IMG/VR virus record: IMGVR_UViG_3300023170_004399
Location: 192,001 to 256,000 of that record
From: a virus
Lineage: Duplodnaviria; Caudoviricetes
Length of the DNA stretch: 64,000 nt
Direction: 5' to 3' (one strand)
Positions 27,758 to 37,269 of this stretch are shown piece after piece. Position 1 is the first letter of the stretch; the number at the start of each line of letters is the position of its first letter. The notes under the pieces are model-generated. The model searched no databases. It was not told where the DNA came from and saw only the letters and a list, made by a program, of their open reading frames with translations. Position numbers and translations under genes: made by a program.

Positions 27758-29095
27758 ATGCGTAATAAGAAGTTATTGTTAGAAGGGTCGATGGATAATT
27801 TAATTTCTGGTAATTTTGGTGCCAGTTCACCGGCCGGTCAAGCATTAAGAAATTTTAACACAGTTTTCATTGGTGTAACTCGTAAATTGTTAAGAGCAAC
27901 AATCATGTCGATCGATGTTGCTTTATTTACATGGTTTCCAACATCATACAAAGATGTTTTAAGAGATTATAAAAACGATATTAATGGTATTGAGAATAGT
28001 TACTCAGCTGCTTTGTCACAACTAACAGAAAACTTGCCAGTAGCGCAAAAAAGTATGTTGTTGTTAAACCCTGCAGCTTATTTTTTATATCATGGTACTG
28101 AAATTTCCCAAACAGTGTTCGATAGTAATTCAAGCTTATATAATTTAATGCAACAAACTGGGTTTGACAAACTACCTGGGATTGGTTGGGCTTTTAGAGA
28201 TCAATCGACACACGTAGTTGACCCTGAAAGATTATCCGAATATATTGATAATGGTCAAAATGGACTGGCATTAGCATATTTGTTTGGTAATCAAAACGTT
28301 TTAGATGCATTGCAGGGTCAAAAACAGGGTGGCGGTTCCGATGGTTCCTTTATGTCAAAACTTTTTGGCAAAATAAATGATATATTTACTGGTAAGGCTG
28401 TCGTCGATTTATTTAGAGAAAGTAAAACAATTAATAGAAAAGTTATTTTAGAAAACAAAAAAGACAAAGATCTTGTAAAACTATATGCAATATTGCTTAA
28501 GAGGCTTTCTAAAATAGCAATCAAAAATAAGATAAGTTTGATCGATGAAAAGCAGCAAGAAAAAGTTTTAAAAATACACGCAGCTGCATGTAAAAACGCA
28601 ACGAAGCAATTGACAGAAAGAATGAAAGCATTAAATATATTGTTGGCTCTTGAAGATAAATCAAAAGAACCCAAAGAATATTATGCTGCGTTAGCAGAGT
28701 ATAAAAGAATTGTAAATGACAAGAAATTAAGTCTCAGCAAAATTAAATCTGACATTAAAAGTGAAATGCCTAACATGTTACGTGACAAGAAAATATTGCA
28801 AGATTACAAAAAGACTAGTAAACGTGGTTCAATTGATAAAAAAGCTTTCCAGCAATATTGTGAATTAAGAATATTAAATAGTATAATTAATCAGATAAAG
28901 GTAACAGCTTATTCTGCCGGCGAAGAATTTTATCAAAAAGTTGAAAAAGATCTTTTGTTTGGGATGACAGCAAAGCAGCTGGTTTCGGGTCCGCAATCAA
29001 ATGAATACACTAAAAAAGTATATAAGCAGTATGAAGACACCATTAAAAACGTGGCACGTGCCACGCGTGGCACAATTGGTAAAAAAAATAAATAA
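27758..29095 (+). CDS. hypothetical, probable virion protein
   Basis: Leader MRNKKLLLE; internal VILE site. Confidence 0.7.
   Translation: MRNKKLLLEGSMDNLISGNFGASSPAGQALRNFNTVFIGVTRKLLRATIMSIDVALFTWFPTSYKDVLRDYKNDINGIENSYSAALSQLTENLPVAQKSMLLLNPAAYFLYHGTEISQTVFDSNSSLYNLMQQTGFDKLPGIGWAFRDQSTHVVDPERLSEYIDNGQNGLALAYLFGNQNVLDALQGQKQGGGSDGSFMSKLFGKINDIFTGKAVVDLFRESKTINRKVILENKKDKDLVKLYAILLKRLSKIAIKNKISLIDEKQQEKVLKIHAAACKNATKQLTERMKALNILLALEDKSKEPKEYYAALAEYKRIVNDKKLSLSKIKSDIKSEMPNMLRDKKILQDYKKTSKRGSIDKKAFQQYCELRILNSIINQIKVTAYSAGEEFYQKVEKDLLFGMTAKQLVSGPQSNEYTKKVYKQYEDTIKNVARATRGTIGKKNK
29050..29073. repeat. alternating inverted 8-mer triple (two overlapping 16-bp palindromes)
   Basis: CGTGGCAC-GTGCCACG-CGTGGCAC. 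Confidence 0.9.
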
Positions 29096-29143
29096 ACAAC
29101 TGCAGCTAGTTTAGTATTATTATTTTTTATTTGGAGAAATAAT

Positions 29144-29506
29144 ATGTCAAATCAAAATCCTAGAAAGTGGCTGCCAGAAATTGTTTATGAAGAGTATGAA
29201 GGTGGATTAGCTGGACAAGCAATGCCGTTTATTCAGATCCCGGAAGGGAAAGAAATGCCTGATATGCTTTTTATTTTTGGTACCAAGCCAACAGGCGAAT
29301 TTGAACCTGATGCTGAAGGTAATGAACAGCCTATTATGGAGATGGAGCCATACAGCTTTGCAAACATGAAATATCTTGAAGATGAGTTAGACGAACAAAC
29401 TTTTGATAAGATCAGAGTTGTAATGGGATTGTTACCTCTCAGGGAAGCTAGGGAAAAAGGTAGACAATTGTCAAAAGACATGGTTGAAAAAAACTTAAAA
29501 AAATAA
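29144..29506 (+). CDS. hypothetical phage protein
   Basis: GGAG RBS, acidic/Pro-rich ORF. Confidence 0.7.
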   Translation: MSNQNPRKWLPEIVYEEYEGGLAGQAMPFIQIPEGKEMPDMLFIFGTKPTGEFEPDAEGNEQPIMEMEPYSFANMKYLEDELDEQTFDKIRVVMGLLPLREAREKGRQLSKDMVEKNLKK

Positions 29507-29557
29507 TTAGAAACCTTTGACTACACACGTATAATATTATACTTTTCGGAGGTTATT

Positions 29558-30349
29558 ATGAACGAACAAAACTACTTAATTGAAAGAACTGATGTGGAAA
29601 ACGCGCTAAAACATATGACGGAATTTTACAAAGATCTGTCTATTCTTCACGCAAAGTATGATATTGATTTAGAAGCTAATAGAGGTAGAAGAAATATTCT
29701 AATGTCCTCTGTTATGGAAAAGTTTCTATCAACTGAGCTTAACGAAAGACATGTATCTGCTGAAGCTGATGGCGCAACCGGGAAAGCAGACATTATTGTT
29801 GAAATTTCTGATGGCAAATTTGAAGAACTAGAATGTAAGTTAACTAGTCCGCACAAAAATGGTACAACAATTGCATTTCAAACAGATCATGACACTTTGC
29901 TTCAAAAAGGTTCTTTAGATTATATATACATAATCGCTAATGAAACGTTTGATGGATTTGTTGGCATACATTTTGTTGGCCTTACAGTTGACGATTTTAG
30001 ACCGGTGTCTCCGGGTGCTCGTGGCAAAGCTCAAATGTACAAGCATCGAGGTATGAAAAAGGCTCGTGTTTTATTTGGGAATGCTGTTAAATTAAATGAA
30101 AAACATATAATGAAAATTAGGAAAGAAATAGTTGTATCAAAACTAAAATCAGAATACAATATATGTATGTGGAAAAAAGATTTAAAATCTGCTGACCCTT
30201 CTACAAGAAAATACCAACTTTTAATAGAAAAGATTGATAGAAGTAGAAGCAATCATGAATCATATGAAAACAGAAGACTTAACAAAATAGAAGAAATATC
30301 ATCACGAAATGAAAGATATTCATTCGAATATGAAAAATTAGAGGATTAA
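29558..30349 (+). CDS. PD-(D/E)xK restriction-endonuclease-like protein
   Basis: MEKF..E...GKADIIV-x8-ELECK catalytic pattern; GGAGG RBS. Confidence 0.55.
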   Translation: MNEQNYLIERTDVENALKHMTEFYKDLSILHAKYDIDLEANRGRRNILMSSVMEKFLSTELNERHVSAEADGATGKADIIVEISDGKFEELECKLTSPHKNGTTIAFQTDHDTLLQKGSLDYIYIIANETFDGFVGIHFVGLTVDDFRPVSPGARGKAQMYKHRGMKKARVLFGNAVKLNEKHIMKIRKEIVVSKLKSEYNICMWKKDLKSADPSTRKYQLLIEKIDRSRSNHESYENRRLNKIEEISSRNERYSFEYEKLED

Positions 30350-30352
30350 AAA

Positions 30353-30553
30353 ATGAAATTACATCACACTACTATCGAAAAACTTATTAAACTATTTGAA
30401 ATCAACGGCGGCTGGAAAGAACAGTGGAAGCTTAAAAAAGCATTGTCTGAATTAGATCTATCAGTTTATAAACAACAGTCTGGTCAAGAAATTATTGTTA
30501 CTACTGAAGATTTGCAAAGAGAAGCGCGTGGGTCACAAACTGAGGCAGGGTAA
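30353..30553 (+). CDS. hypothetical protein
   Basis: GAGG RBS, 66 aa. Confidence 0.6.
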   Translation: MKLHHTTIEKLIKLFEINGGWKEQWKLKKALSELDLSVYKQQSGQEIIVTTEDLQREARGSQTEAG

Positions 30554-30555
30554 TA

Positions 30556-30975
30556 ATGGAATATAATGTTGGTGACATACTTTGGATTGTTACTAATGAG
30601 AGACCGGGTTTAATCGTTGGCCAAATTTCCGAAGAGATTGTTAAAAAAACACTTAAAGGTGAAAACAAAATCTATACAATTGATTTGGCCAGGGGTTCTA
30701 AAACTGTTAAAGTCAATCTTAGTAAAATTGCTGGTGACATATTTGCATCGGAAGATGAAGCTAAGTCAGCAATGCTAAAAGATGCAGAGGAAGCAATCAA
30801 CGAATTGATTAATTATAATAATGAAAGTATCAAAAAACATTTTAATATCAATGAAGTTGCAGCAGCTGTTAAAATAGACAATAATCCAGATTATGAATAT
30901 ATTGAATTAGAAAATGGACAAAAAGCTAAGGTGAAAATACCAAAGGAGTTGAAAAATGCCCGAAAGAATAATTGA
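30556..30975 (+). CDS. KOW/SH3-like hypothetical protein
   Basis: YNVGDILWIV start shared with the small paralog family. Confidence 0.6.
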   Translation: MEYNVGDILWIVTNERPGLIVGQISEEIVKKTLKGENKIYTIDLARGSKTVKVNLSKIAGDIFASEDEAKSAMLKDAEEAINELINYNNESIKKHFNINEVAAAVKIDNNPDYEYIELENGQKAKVKIPKELKNARKNN

Positions 30976-31150
30976 AGGTGCACAACTAGAAAAACTAAGA
31001 ACTGATGGCATTATTTCAGATAATGAAATTGCAATTCAGGAAGGTGATATTGTACTAGCAAAAAATGTGGTTAATCAGTCACGTCGTATTATTGGCAAAG
31101 TGTCTGAAATATTAACTGAAAGTAATAAGAAAAGAATTTTGAGGGACTAA
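30956..31150 (+). CDS. hypothetical protein
   Basis: AGGAG RBS; stop overlaps groEL start. Confidence 0.65.
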   Translation: MPERIIEGAQLEKLRTDGIISDNEIAIQEGDIVLAKNVVNQSRRIIGKVSEILTESNKKRILRD

Positions 31151-32784
31151 TGTTTGAATCAACAACAAAAGATTTAGTATTTAACGATGAAGCAAGAACT
31201 AAGTTGCTTGGTGGTGTTACTAAATTAGCTGACGCTGTAAGGGTTACTATGGGACCTGGTGGTCTTAATGTAGTAATAGAACAAGGTGAAAACTTATTGC
31301 CTGTTTTGACTAAAGATGGCGTCACAGTCGCTAAAGCTGTCAACCTTAAAGACAAAATAGAAAATATTGGTGTGCAACTAGTTAAAGAAGCTGCGTCTGG
31401 TGCTGCTGAAATAGCTGGTGATGGAACAACTACTGCTACTGTGTTAGCTCATTCTATATTTGATTTAGGGCTACGTAGCGTTAACTCTGGTTACAATCCA
31501 GTGAAGTTACGTAAAGGTATCAAGGCAGCTGCGCAAGATGTTGTTGAGATTATAAAAAAACAGAGTTTCCCAGTGTCGTCGAATGAGGACATAATTTCAG
31601 TTGGTACAATATCAGCTAATGGGGAAAGAGAAATCGGTGAATTACTGTGTCAGGCAATGGATGCTGTTGGTTTAGATGGCGTCATAACTGTTGAAGAGGC
31701 TAAAGGTTTTAAAACTAGTCTTACACAAGTTGAAGGTACAAGAATTGATCGAGGGTATCTTTCCCCATATTTTATTAATGATGAAGCAAGAAATGTTTGC
31801 AAACTTGACAAACCTTTAGTTTTGCTTACAAATAAAAAAATATCATCATTGAAAGAAATATTAGGATTATTAGAAAAAATTCACGCATCTCAAAGATCTT
31901 TATTGATAATTGCAGATGACGTAGATGGAGATGCCTTAAATGGTTTAGTTTTAAACAGTGCTAAAGGTATACTAAAAAACTGTTGCATCAGGGCACCAGA
32001 ATTTGGTGTTGCTCGCATTAATGCCATGGAAGATTTAGCTTTTCTGTTAGGTACAGAAGTTATATCAGCTGCAGATGAGACTAGTTTAAATACAATAGAT
32101 ACTAGTTTTTTAGGTACATGTGAAAAAATAGTTATTTCACGTAACGAAACTTTAATAGTTGGTACCAAAGTTAGTAAAAAAGATATTAAAAAACGTTGCG
32201 ACAATATTAGAGAATCATTAATCGTACCCGGGTTAAGTGAAAATGATACAGCGACAATAAGAAGAAGATTAGCTAGATTATCTTCGGGTGTTGCCATACT
32301 TAGAGTAGGTGGTGCAACTGAAGCCGAGCTTAGAGAACGTAAGGATCGAGTGGAAGATGCATTGCATGCGACACGTGTTGCAGCTATGTCTGGTATATCG
32401 CTAGGTGGAGGAACATCATTGTTAAGAGCCGCAAATGAATTACAAACTGACAGTCAAGATTTAAGTTTTATGGCTGGTTATAATTTGTGTCTTAAAGCAT
32501 GCCAGGCTCCATTACGACAAATTGTTACTAATTCAGGCGGTGTACCGGAATTAATAATAGGTAAATTACTCGAAATGGATAATAAGTTAGGTTATGATGC
32601 AAGAAATCAAAAGTTTGTTGACTTGTTAGAGAGTGGTATAATCGATCCTACATTAGTAATCGTTTCTAGTCTTGAGCATGCTGTGTCTGCTGCTGATAAT
32701 CTTTTATCAGTCTCTTGCGCAATGTACAATGTTAGTGATGATGAAGAGCCGGAGTTGCAACATTATGAACGTCAAAAAATATAA
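31150..32784 (+). CDS. groEL: group I chaperonin GroEL (no GGM tail)
   Basis: [57 protein letters not shown]. Confidence 0.96.
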   Translation: MFESTTKDLVFNDEARTKLLGGVTKLADAVRVTMGPGGLNVVIEQGENLLPVLTKDGVTVAKAVNLKDKIENIGVQLVKEAASGAAEIAGDGTTTATVLAHSIFDLGLRSVNSGYNPVKLRKGIKAAAQDVVEIIKKQSFPVSSNEDIISVGTISANGEREIGELLCQAMDAVGLDGVITVEEAKGFKTSLTQVEGTRIDRGYLSPYFINDEARNVCKLDKPLVLLTNKKISSLKEILGLLEKIHASQRSLLIIADDVDGDALNGLVLNSAKGILKNCCIRAPEFGVARINAMEDLAFLLGTEVISAADETSLNTIDTSFLGTCEKIVISRNETLIVGTKVSKKDIKKRCDNIRESLIVPGLSENDTATIRRRLARLSSGVAILRVGGATEAELRERKDRVEDALHATRVAAMSGISLGGGTSLLRAANELQTDSQDLSFMAGYNLCLKACQAPLRQIVTNSGGVPELIIGKLLEMDNKLGYDARNQKFVDLLESGIIDPTLVIVSSLEHAVSAADNLLSVSCAMYNVSDDEEPELQHYERQKI

Positions 32785-32968
32785 AGACATTGATTATTCA
32801 GTTATGTCTTCAAAAGCAATTAAAACATTAAAAAGCCACATTAAAAGAATGATAAAAGTATATAACATAACTGGAGATGATCTCCGTATGTTAGAAGAGG
32901 AAGTCGCTTGGATGTCATTTGAGATACAGTCTCGAGATATTTTTCCAGAAGACGAAATTAAATTTTAA
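32765..32968 (+). CDS. hypothetical protein
   Basis: ATG 32765 (MNVKKYKD) after a GGAG-containing stretch. Confidence 0.55.
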   Translation: MNVKKYKDIDYSVMSSKAIKTLKSHIKRMIKVYNITGDDLRMLEEEVAWMSFEIQSRDIFPEDEIKF

Positions 32969-33056
32969 AAAGGACAATAATTGTCCACATAGAAAAATAA
33001 AACTTCTCATAACCGGTTATAATAGATCTATAACTACTAACTTACTCGGAGGTTAT

Positions 33057-33353
33057 ATGTCTAGAAGTAATTCTTGTGCACATATTCTTAAAATTAACGA
33101 TCTTCCTCAGACCGTGTTTAACACTAAGACATTTGTTAATGGTTCTTGTTGGCTTAATAATTGTCCTATTAGTTTTGATGTTAATCAAACTGTTGAGTTA
33201 TATATACATACTGCAGTTGATAACACTGTTTACAAAGTCGATGCTGTTGTAACTCGAGCAAAGCCACGTGGCATCATCGAAAACTATAAGCTTAGATTAG
33301 TTGACACCAAAAAAATTGGTGATTTTGCTGACTTTGAATGGATTTGGAAATAA
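33057..33353 (+). CDS. hypothetical beta-rich protein (weakly PilZ-like)
   Basis: GGAGG RBS; VELYIH...YKVDAVVTR...YKLRL pattern. Confidence 0.55.
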   Translation: MSRSNSCAHILKINDLPQTVFNTKTFVNGSCWLNNCPISFDVNQTVELYIHTAVDNTVYKVDAVVTRAKPRGIIENYKLRLVDTKKIGDFADFEWIWK

Positions 33354-33451
33354 TGATTTTATTATTATACATCGCGCTATGTTTATACATGGCTTATGAT
33401 ATCGCAACTTTAATTGAAAAAAATAAAAAAAATAACAACAAAAGGAGATAA
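33353..33451 (+). CDS. 32-aa membrane peptide, not in ORF track
   Basis: MILLLYIALCLYMAYDIATLIEKNKKNNNKRR; start overlaps upstream stop. Confidence 0.4.
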   Translation: MILLLYIALCLYMAYDIATLIEKNKKNNNKRR

Positions 33452-33452
33452 C

Positions 33453-34010
33453 GTGAAACTAGTTAGAGATCAAATACCCTCAATTATAAAAAGCCAAAAC
33501 AAAACATTAGATTATTATGTTGCTAGTAATGATGAACACAAAAGAAGGCTGTTCGAAAAAATGATTGAAGAATTGAATGAGTTCAGAGACGAACCTAACG
33601 TTGAAGAGTTGGCAGACATGTATGAAGTGTTGTTGGCAATGTGTGAAGCATGGAACATTAGTCTTGGCCACGTAAAAGATATTGCTAATTTAAAAAGAAT
33701 TAATCATGGATCCTTTGATGGCAGAGTTGTCTTAGTAGCTGTTGATGGAGAAACTATATCTCCAGAAATTGTACGCGTCAAAAAAAATGTTGAAGAAGTT
33801 TTGTATACCAACGAAGTAGAAGAACATGTTGAAAAGTTATTACACCAGTATTCGATGAGCCCTACTTTTTTTATTAGTACAAAGAATGAATTAATGCTTA
33901 TGGCACAAGGTGAAGATGCTGGTGGAATTAGAGATGAGTATTATGAAGGCAAAGATGACAAATATTTTCAGGATGTTTTAGATTTATTTGATAAAAAAAT
34001 AAAAAAATAA
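33453..34010 (+). CDS. MazG/phosphoribosyl-ATP pyrophosphohydrolase-like NTP pyrophosphatase
   Basis: GGAG RBS then GTG; KLVRDQIP, KMIEELNEF, EELADMYEV, KR..HGSF. Confidence 0.75.
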   Translation: MKLVRDQIPSIIKSQNKTLDYYVASNDEHKRRLFEKMIEELNEFRDEPNVEELADMYEVLLAMCEAWNISLGHVKDIANLKRINHGSFDGRVVLVAVDGETISPEIVRVKKNVEEVLYTNEVEEHVEKLLHQYSMSPTFFISTKNELMLMAQGEDAGGIRDEYYEGKDDKYFQDVLDLFDKKIKK

Positions 34011-34012
34011 TT

Positions 34013-34050
34013 CTGTAAAATTTGCAAATATATTCATAACGCATTATATT
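34013..34050 (+). promoter_or_regulatory. sigma70-type phage promoter
   Basis: CTGTAAAAT-TTGCAA-17 bp-TATATT. Confidence 0.8.
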
Positions 34051-34082
34051 ATACTTGTAATCAAAAGAACATAGGGGGTTAT

Positions 34083-34442
34083 ATGATTATAAAATTTGAA
34101 ACTTATCAAACAGCAACTACTATTTATACCGGTGAATTCATGATGACAATTGACGGTGTTCCGGCTTATGAATTTTTTGGTCCTGCAAATGGTGGTCCTG
34201 AAACTATTTTACGCAAGCGTCACGCTCCATATTCTGGGCGTTTAGTCTGGTTTCCGTCTTCTAATCCTTCTTTCTTAATTGCTAAATTTATCTGTCTTAA
34301 GAAATTCCTTAATCCACTTGGCGGAAGTTTACAAGCTCTTCAAGATAAATTTGGTCGTGTTTGGATGGATGATTCTGCGGAAGATAATCAGCGCATTGAA
34401 AATATTCTTAATCACGTAGCAACAGTCGGTATTTCAAAATAG
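34083..34442 (+). CDS. hypothetical (probably early) protein
   Basis: GGGG RBS, first gene after promoter, T-ending codon bias. Confidence 0.7.
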   Translation: MIIKFETYQTATTIYTGEFMMTIDGVPAYEFFGPANGGPETILRKRHAPYSGRLVWFPSSNPSFLIAKFICLKKFLNPLGGSLQALQDKFGRVWMDDSAEDNQRIENILNHVATVGISK

Positions 34443-34450
34443 GAGAAAAT

Positions 34451-34666
34451 ATGAAAAACCCATTTATTACACTTACACTCATCGGCAACAACAAAGTCAA
34501 ATGTCGTATCAACATTACTCACATCATGTCATATCGACAAAAGCAGTACTCCGACTCAAAAGGGAAATACACTTATATTTTACTCGCAGGTGGCAATGCA
34601 CTTTCCAGAGAAGTAAATGAAACACCAGAAGAGATTGATGACATGATATCACAATTTTACAACTAA
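34451..34666 (+). CDS. FlbD/SwrD-like small protein
   Basis: ITLTL...INITHI...T.I.L....V.ETPEEI pattern; AGGAG RBS. Confidence 0.45.
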   Translation: MKNPFITLTLIGNNKVKCRINITHIMSYRQKQYSDSKGKYTYILLAGGNALSREVNETPEEIDDMISQFYN

Positions 34667-34712
34667 TATATTTTTTTAAACAACAACTATACAATATTAC
34701 AAAGGAGTTCAT

Positions 34713-35435
34713 ATGAACACAGCTTATCAAAAAACTATCAGTGATCACAAACTATTAAACCACACTCAGGAAATTGAGTTAGCAAAGCGTATTGAAGGTG
34801 GTGACCAACGTGCTCGAGAAATATTAATTAACAGTAATCTAAGACTTGCTATATCAATGGTTAAAAAATATGCAAAGTCAAAATATTCTATGGAAGATTT
34901 AATCCAAGAAGCGAATATTGGTCTTATGATTGCAGTTGACAAATATGATTGGCGTCAAGGCACTAGATTTTCTACTTATGCTGTTTGGTGGATTAGACAA
35001 ACAGTTAATAAATATATTGACAGTCAAACACATGTTAAACTTCCTTCTGGTAACCGTATTTACATTGCTAAAATTAACAAATGCCGTACTGACTTCTTCG
35101 AAGAGTTTGGTTATTATCCAACTGATGAAGAGATTAGTGTAGCGACAGGCATCCCTGAGAAGTCAGTTAAAAATATTTACAATGCTATGCAATGGCCTGT
35201 TAATTTGGACGCACCAATCAAATCTGAGGATGGCGGAACACGTACTTTCGGTAGTGTTATACCTGACAATAATCACCAGTCTCCAGAAGACAAAATAGAC
35301 GGTGAATTACTAGTTTCTTTAATACAAAGTGCATTGTCAAAGCTATCTCCACAAGAAGAAAGAATTATAAGACTTCGATTTGGTATTACTGAAGATGACA
35401 ATGATATCGAAAACTTCCCACAGCAAGGAGAATAA
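34713..35435 (+). CDS. sigma70-family RNA polymerase sigma factor lacking region 4.2
   Basis: LLNHTQEIELA (1.2), SNLRLA, DLIQEANIGL..AVDKYD...RFSTYAVWWIRQ (2), PTDEEIS (3), LSPQEERIIRLRFGI (4.1), then stop. Confidence 0.92.
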   Translation: MNTAYQKTISDHKLLNHTQEIELAKRIEGGDQRAREILINSNLRLAISMVKKYAKSKYSMEDLIQEANIGLMIAVDKYDWRQGTRFSTYAVWWIRQTVNKYIDSQTHVKLPSGNRIYIAKINKCRTDFFEEFGYYPTDEEISVATGIPEKSVKNIYNAMQWPVNLDAPIKSEDGGTRTFGSVIPDNNHQSPEDKIDGELLVSLIQSALSKLSPQEERIIRLRFGITEDDNDIENFPQQGE

Positions 35436-35438
35436 TAT

Positions 35439-35657
35439 ATGTCTTTAGGTTTATTATATATTTTGCAAGCAATCTTTTTTACCGTTATAGTTTCACTCAT
35501 GTTAGAGAATCAACGTATTACTCGAGAACACTATGACAAAACAGAAAGATTAGTTGATGACTTAATATTAACACTCAAACTTAATAATAAAAATACAGAA
35601 AACAACTTTACACAAACTATAGTTCCTGAAACTACTTACTTACAAAAGGAGAAATAA
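35439..35657 (+). CDS. small membrane protein
   Basis: N-terminal hydrophobic helix. Confidence 0.6.
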   Translation: MSLGLLYILQAIFFTVIVSLMLENQRITREHYDKTERLVDDLILTLKLNNKNTENNFTQTIVPETTYLQKEK

Positions 35658-36085
35658 TGTCTAGAAATTATTTTCAAACAGAACGCTGCGTCATAACTTT
35701 AGGTAGACTTTGTGGTTGGTCACACAGTACTGTCAAAGATATCTTTAAAGCACGTGACCAAAAACAAATCAACAAACTTAAAAAAATACTAAAAGATAAC
35801 AATGTTGATACTGATGTTACTAAAAGTATTTTGAATGATTATGAGGAATACTTGGATAGAGATGGTAAATCTTGTAACATTGAAAGTTATGATGGTCATG
35901 GCAAAAATTATTTAGTGCATATCTTAGGGAAAACAGCAATAACTTGGACACCATCAAATGGTATACTTGAATATGTTAAAAACGTACCTACTTTAACAAC
36001 ACTTAAATTATGGCGTGACACAAAGTCTACAAACTTACGTCATGGTGCAAATGTTTTAAACAATATTAAAAATATATTATCATAA
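35657..36085 (+). CDS. hypothetical protein
   Basis: AGGAG RBS. Confidence 0.65.
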   Translation: MSRNYFQTERCVITLGRLCGWSHSTVKDIFKARDQKQINKLKKILKDNNVDTDVTKSILNDYEEYLDRDGKSCNIESYDGHGKNYLVHILGKTAITWTPSNGILEYVKNVPTLTTLKLWRDTKSTNLRHGANVLNNIKNILS

Positions 36086-36140
36086 TCTTAACACAAAATA
36101 AACAATTAACAATTAAACAATATAATTTAAGGAGTCAAAT

Positions 36141-36407
36141 ATGGCTATGCCTAAAGGTAAAAAACACGAAAATGGATACGCAACAGTTACAAACATGGGA
36201 TTGGGTTACCGTGAAATTGCAGAGAAACTCACAGCAGAAGGTAGTAAGATGAATCATGCTACTGCACGTAACAAGTTTATTTCTGCTATTACAAAATTAG
36301 CTGTGCCTTTATCAAAAGTATCCGGCACCCCTGCAGATGAAATAGCAACTAATCCATTGTTTCAATCTGCTATAATCGATATGTTGAAATCAAATGAAAG
36401 AAAATAA
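36141..36407 (+). CDS. sigma-region-4-like helix-turn-helix protein
   Basis: GLGYREIAEKL...MNHATARNKFISAITKL; AGGAG RBS. Confidence 0.65.
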   Translation: MAMPKGKKHENGYATVTNMGLGYREIAEKLTAEGSKMNHATARNKFISAITKLAVPLSKVSGTPADEIATNPLFQSAIIDMLKSNERK

Positions 36408-36645
36408 AATTAAATTACACTTAAACAATATGCATCTTCACACCCAGTTGTTAGAAGCCAATGACTGGGATGAAGAAGCTACTAACAAGGTTATGGAAAT
36501 AGCCGCTAGATATTTTGCTGAATCTCATCAACAAGATTTAATGCATGTTTATGCAAATCTAGTTAATTTGGTTGGTGAGACAAATGCTGAAATATTTTAC
36601 AACTATCTCAAAGGATTTTTAAATGGAGAATTTAGCAATGATTGA
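36394..36645 (+). CDS. hypothetical protein
   Basis: Overlapping operon gene. Confidence 0.6.
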   Translation: MKENKIKLHLNNMHLHTQLLEANDWDEEATNKVMEIAARYFAESHQQDLMHVYANLVNLVGETNAEIFYNYLKGFLNGEFSND

Positions 36646-37039
36646 TATTAACTTATACGCAAAAAGAAGACGTACTTCTATATTTGACATTATCAAATAT
36701 AAAAAATTAAGCACGTATCTAGAATTTCGTAACTTTTGTGTTGCGCATAAAATTACGCCTCCTTCAGAGGAAACTTATAACCAAGTTTTTAAAAAAATAG
36801 TAGAGGAAGCAGAGCATAAACACGATGATCCCATAATAACAAAAGTAAATGTTACTACAACAGTTGGCGAAGAAGAGACTGATTTGTTTGAAAACGATGT
36901 CAGTGACGAAGCACAAGTTGTAAATTTTGATGATTTGACTAAAAAAGATTTAATTCAGAAGTTAGATGATCTTGAAATAAAACATTCAAAATATTCATCT
37001 AAAAAACAGTTAGTAGAATTATTAAAAAATAACCAGTAA
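36638..37039 (+). CDS. protein with C-terminal HeH/Rho-N-like domain
   Basis: FDDLTKKDLIQKLDDLEIKHSKYSSKKQLVELL. Confidence 0.6.
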   Translation: MIDINLYAKRRRTSIFDIIKYKKLSTYLEFRNFCVAHKITPPSEETYNQVFKKIVEEAEHKHDDPIITKVNVTTTVGEEETDLFENDVSDEAQVVNFDDLTKKDLIQKLDDLEIKHSKYSSKKQLVELLKNNQ

Positions 37040-37071
37040 ATTTTGCAAATATTCTTTTAATGAATTATATT
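37034..37071 (+). promoter_or_regulatory. sigma70-type phage promoter
   Basis: CAGTAAATT-TTGCAA-17 bp-TATATT. Confidence 0.8.
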
Positions 37072-37101
37072 ACTTATGTACTTACCAACAAAGGAGAAAC
37101 C

Positions 37102-37266
37102 ATGACACGAATTACTATAATTAAACTTTTTATGATTTGGTGTTGTATTACAAATGTATCTAACTGTGCTAAATTCATTGAAGCTGGGAATAGTTTCGGT
37201 GCTGCAGTCACATTAACACTTTTTTTAGTATGTCTTACCGTAGTTTTTTACAATCCTAGGAGATAA
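37102..37266 (+). CDS. small two-TM membrane protein
   Basis: AGGAG RBS before ATG 37102. Confidence 0.6.
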   Translation: MTRITIIKLFMIWCCITNVSNCAKFIEAGNSFGAAVTLTLFLVCLTVVFYNPRR

Positions 37267-37269
37267 TCT

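Noticed and set aside
30956-31150. GroES upstream of groEL
   Set aside because: Too short (64 aa) and lacks the GroES PL.DRV and mobile-loop motifs
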